DNA of 63,707 nucleotides, counting the filler, from Octopus bimaculoides (Eukaryota): NCBI RefSeq assembly GCF_001194135.2. It is 5 parts of 5 records of this genome, joined end to end, with 100 filler letters (N's around TTAATTAATTAA, not from the genome) between each part and the next. Parts side by side here need not be neighbours in the genome. Positions count along the whole stretch, not along the records: positions 51,041 to 62,441 come from NC_068989.1; positions 62,542 to 63,707 come from NC_068993.1; 3 more parts are not named here. One strand, given 5' to 3'. Below are positions 60,971 through 63,707 of this stretch, in pieces. Made by a program: the position numbers and the translations under genes. The notes under the pieces were generated by a model. It did not search any database and was not told the origin of the DNA. It worked only from the letters and a program-made list of their open reading frames with translations. Positions within the stretch are counted from its first letter, which is position 1, and each line of letters opens with the position of its first letter.

Positions 60971-62042
60971 TAATATATGTATATATTGAGCGAAAACACC
61001 TAAAGCTCCACGAGGCTCCGACAGGGGACGGTGGCGAACCCTGCTTTACTCTTCCACCACAACTTTCTCTCACTCTTTCTTCCTGTTATTGTTGTACCTG
61101 TATTTCAAAGGGTCAGCCTTGTCACACTGTCACGCTGAATATCCCCGAGAACTACGCTAAAGGTACACGTGTCTGTGGAGTGCTCAGCCATTTGCACGTT
61201 AATTTCACGAGCATGCTGTTCCGTTGATCGGATCAACTGGAACCCTCGACGTCGTAAGCGACGGAGTGCCAACAACAACAACAACATGTATTTAATGTGT
61301 TTGTTTCTTTCTTTCTTTCCCCATTATTTAAAACGGTGCCTTGTGTGATTTGGCTGTTGTTTCTAGCATAAGCGTGCAAGAGAAGGTGCGCCGTAACGAT
61401 ATTAAAAACAGCAACGTGATTTGGGACTCATCTCTTGGATCTAGTGTCTGGGNNNNNNNNNNNNNNNNNNNNNNNNNNNNNNNNNNNNNNNNNNNNNNNN
61501 NNNNNNNNNNNNNNNNNNNNNNNNNNNNNNNNNNNNNNNNNNNNNNNNNNNNNNNNNNNNNNNNNNNNNNNNNNNNNNNNNNNNNNNNNNNNNNNNNNNN
61601 NNNNNNNNNNNNNNNNNNNNNNNNNNNNNNNNNNNNNNNNNNNNNNNNNNNNNNNNNNNNNNNNNNNNNNNNNNNNNNNNNNNNNNNNNNNNNNNNNNNN
61701 NNNNNNNNNNNNNNNNNNNNNNNNNNNNNNNNNNNNNNNNNNNNNNNNNNNNNNNNNNNNNNNNNNNNNNNNNNNNNNNNNNNNNNNNNNNNNNNNNNNN
61801 NNNNNNNNNNNNTGGTGGTGGTGGTGGTACTGGTGAGTAGTGATGATGATGACGATGATGATGATGACGATGGTGATGATAATGGTAATAATATTGAACG
61901 TATATATGTATGCACATATGTAGGTATATACTTGTATAAAGAGGAGGAGGAGGAGGCGGAGGCGACGGGGAGGCGGAGGTGATGATTAGTATGAAAAAAA
62001 AATTGACTGAAAGCTGAGCAACAGGAGGAAGAGGGGGAGGCG

Positions 62043-62171
62043 GAAGAAGAAGAAGAAGAAGAAGAAGAAGAAGAAGAAGAAGAAGAAGAAGAAGAAGAAG
62101 AAGAAGAAGAAGAAGAAGAAGAAGAAGAAGAAGAAGAAGAAGAAGAAGAAGAAGAAGAAGAAGAAGAAGAA
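62043..62171. repeat. (GAA)43 microsatellite
   Basis: Uninterrupted purine triplet tract. Confidence 0.95.
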
Positions 62172-62441
62172 TGACAGAATCAACATGAAGAGGAAAAATG
62201 ATAAATGCTAAAACAAAATAGCGGGAAAATAATTGAAAATTGGGAAAACGTGTGTTTCTTGCAAAATGGCTACTTAAGTAACGTCTACGTTTTCTGAGAT
62301 GTCGTCTGCTTTGTTCAAATAATCCTTTTAATAGTTTCCGGTACTTGTATGTCATGGAGACCCAGGTAGAGATGTAGAGAATCACAAACAATCGTTTGCA
62401 CGAACATATATGTATGTATATATATATATATATATATACAT

Positions 62442-62541
62442 NNNNNNNNNNNNNNNNNNNNNNNNNNNNNNNNNNNNNNNNNNNNTTAATTAATTAANNN
62501 NNNNNNNNNNNNNNNNNNNNNNNNNNNNNNNNNNNNNNNNN
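62442..62541. other. Artificial scaffold-join spacer
   Basis: 44 N + TTAATTAATTAA (62486-62497) + 44 N. Confidence 0.9.
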
Positions 62542-63664
62542 TAGTTCGGCAAAGAGACTGATAGAATAAGTACCAGGCTTTAAAAAATAAGTACTAGTGT
62601 CGATTCATTCGATTGAAAAATTTTTCAAGGTGCTGCCCCACTATGGTCGCAATCTAATGACTGGCACAAGAGATAAAAAGTATGATGCTTTTTTTTTTTT
62701 TCTTGGGCTCTAGAACTCATAAGGTTGGGTCCCGTTTCCATGGCGTATAAGCAGCCAAGATTACACCTTTTCTCCTTGAAAGAGACCGGTCTGTTGCACC
62801 GGTCAAAGCCGGCAATTTTGTGTGGAGGGACAAGTTGATTACATCGACTGAACTGGTACTTTATTTTATCGAATACGAAGAGATGAAAAGCAAAGTTGAC
62901 TTCGACGGGATTTGAACTCAGAACGTAAAGAACCAAAAGCAATGACACCGAGCATTTTGTCCGATGTGTTGTACCTTTCACCACCTCGCCGTCTTATATA
63001 GTATGATAGGTCTTCAAGCATGGGGTTGTCTCACAAATCTCTGACGCTAGTTTTTCCAACACCGCCATGATCGATGCAGCATTTGTGTAGGGTTAAACAT
63101 ATTCCATCAATAAAGGTGCCAACGAAGTTGGTATCGAGTTCAGAAATCACGCAAAGTTGGCCACGGTGCCACACGCCCCAATAAAAACTGAAGTCACATC
63201 AATAGCGAAATTGCGAGACAACTTTTTACTTTTATTTTACTTCAACGAGTCGTGTTTTATTAAATACTATCCCAAGAGAAATCAAAGAAGAAACAGATCT
63301 CAGAACTTGTGGGTCTTGGGCTTAGGATCGTTAGGTCATTGGCTCGATTCTTGAGCTGGATGGTGCATTGTGTCTTGAACATTTTATGTCGTTTCAGTCA
63401 ACTCAGCTGGAAACTAGAACAGTGTCAGCTGGGGAAATACCTATGCGACATACTGGAATCCCCAAACAGTCTCTTAACCGCAACCGAAATTGGGATAAAC
63501 CCCAGATTTATGGGTTAGGGTTAGGCTCGAGTCAGATTACACCCCCTCCGCACACACACACATACACACACTCATACACACATACATACATACATACATA
63601 CATACATACATCTATATATGTATACGACGAGCTTCTTTCAGTTTCCGTCTACCAATGATAGTAT

Positions 63665-63701
<37 letters not shown>

Positions 63702-63707
63702 ACACAC

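Noticed and set aside
62990-63220. Possible RLE-type LINE C-terminal remnant on the minus strand
   Set aside because: Similarity too weak to support by eye.

Overview
AT-rich, gap-ridden animal genomic DNA. The SINE families and microsatellite density point to a coleoid cephalopod, most likely Octopus (inference from recalled repeat sequences). One host gene is well supported: CFDP1/BCNT (Bucentaur, yeast Swc5 homologue) on the minus strand, with seven GT-AG coding exons between 27231 and 15396 that join in one open frame (about 329 aa, ending in the BCNT-C domain). Its first exon is not visible. The rest is decayed transposable elements (R4/Dong, Tx1/L1, RTE and CR1/L2-type LINEs, Penelope-like elements, Tc1/mariner/maT, Merlin-type and other MITEs, one LTR, four tRNA-SINE families), microsatellites and N gaps. 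Four 100-nt gaps with a central TTAATTAATTAA are artificial scaffold joins, so the window is five stitched pieces. Almost all ORFs in the supplied track are artefacts of repeats or gaps. Most interesting signals: (i) hammerhead-ribozyme motifs, one inside a tRNA-headed SINE-like unit; (ii) a Penelope-like element carrying a second, divergent GIY-YIG domain in inverted orientation; (iii) several long fold-back structures, some inside CFDP1 introns, that could form dsRNA; (iv) a LINE 3' tail shared with the commonest SINE. Repeat coordinates are approximate and family names come from motif recognition, not database searches.
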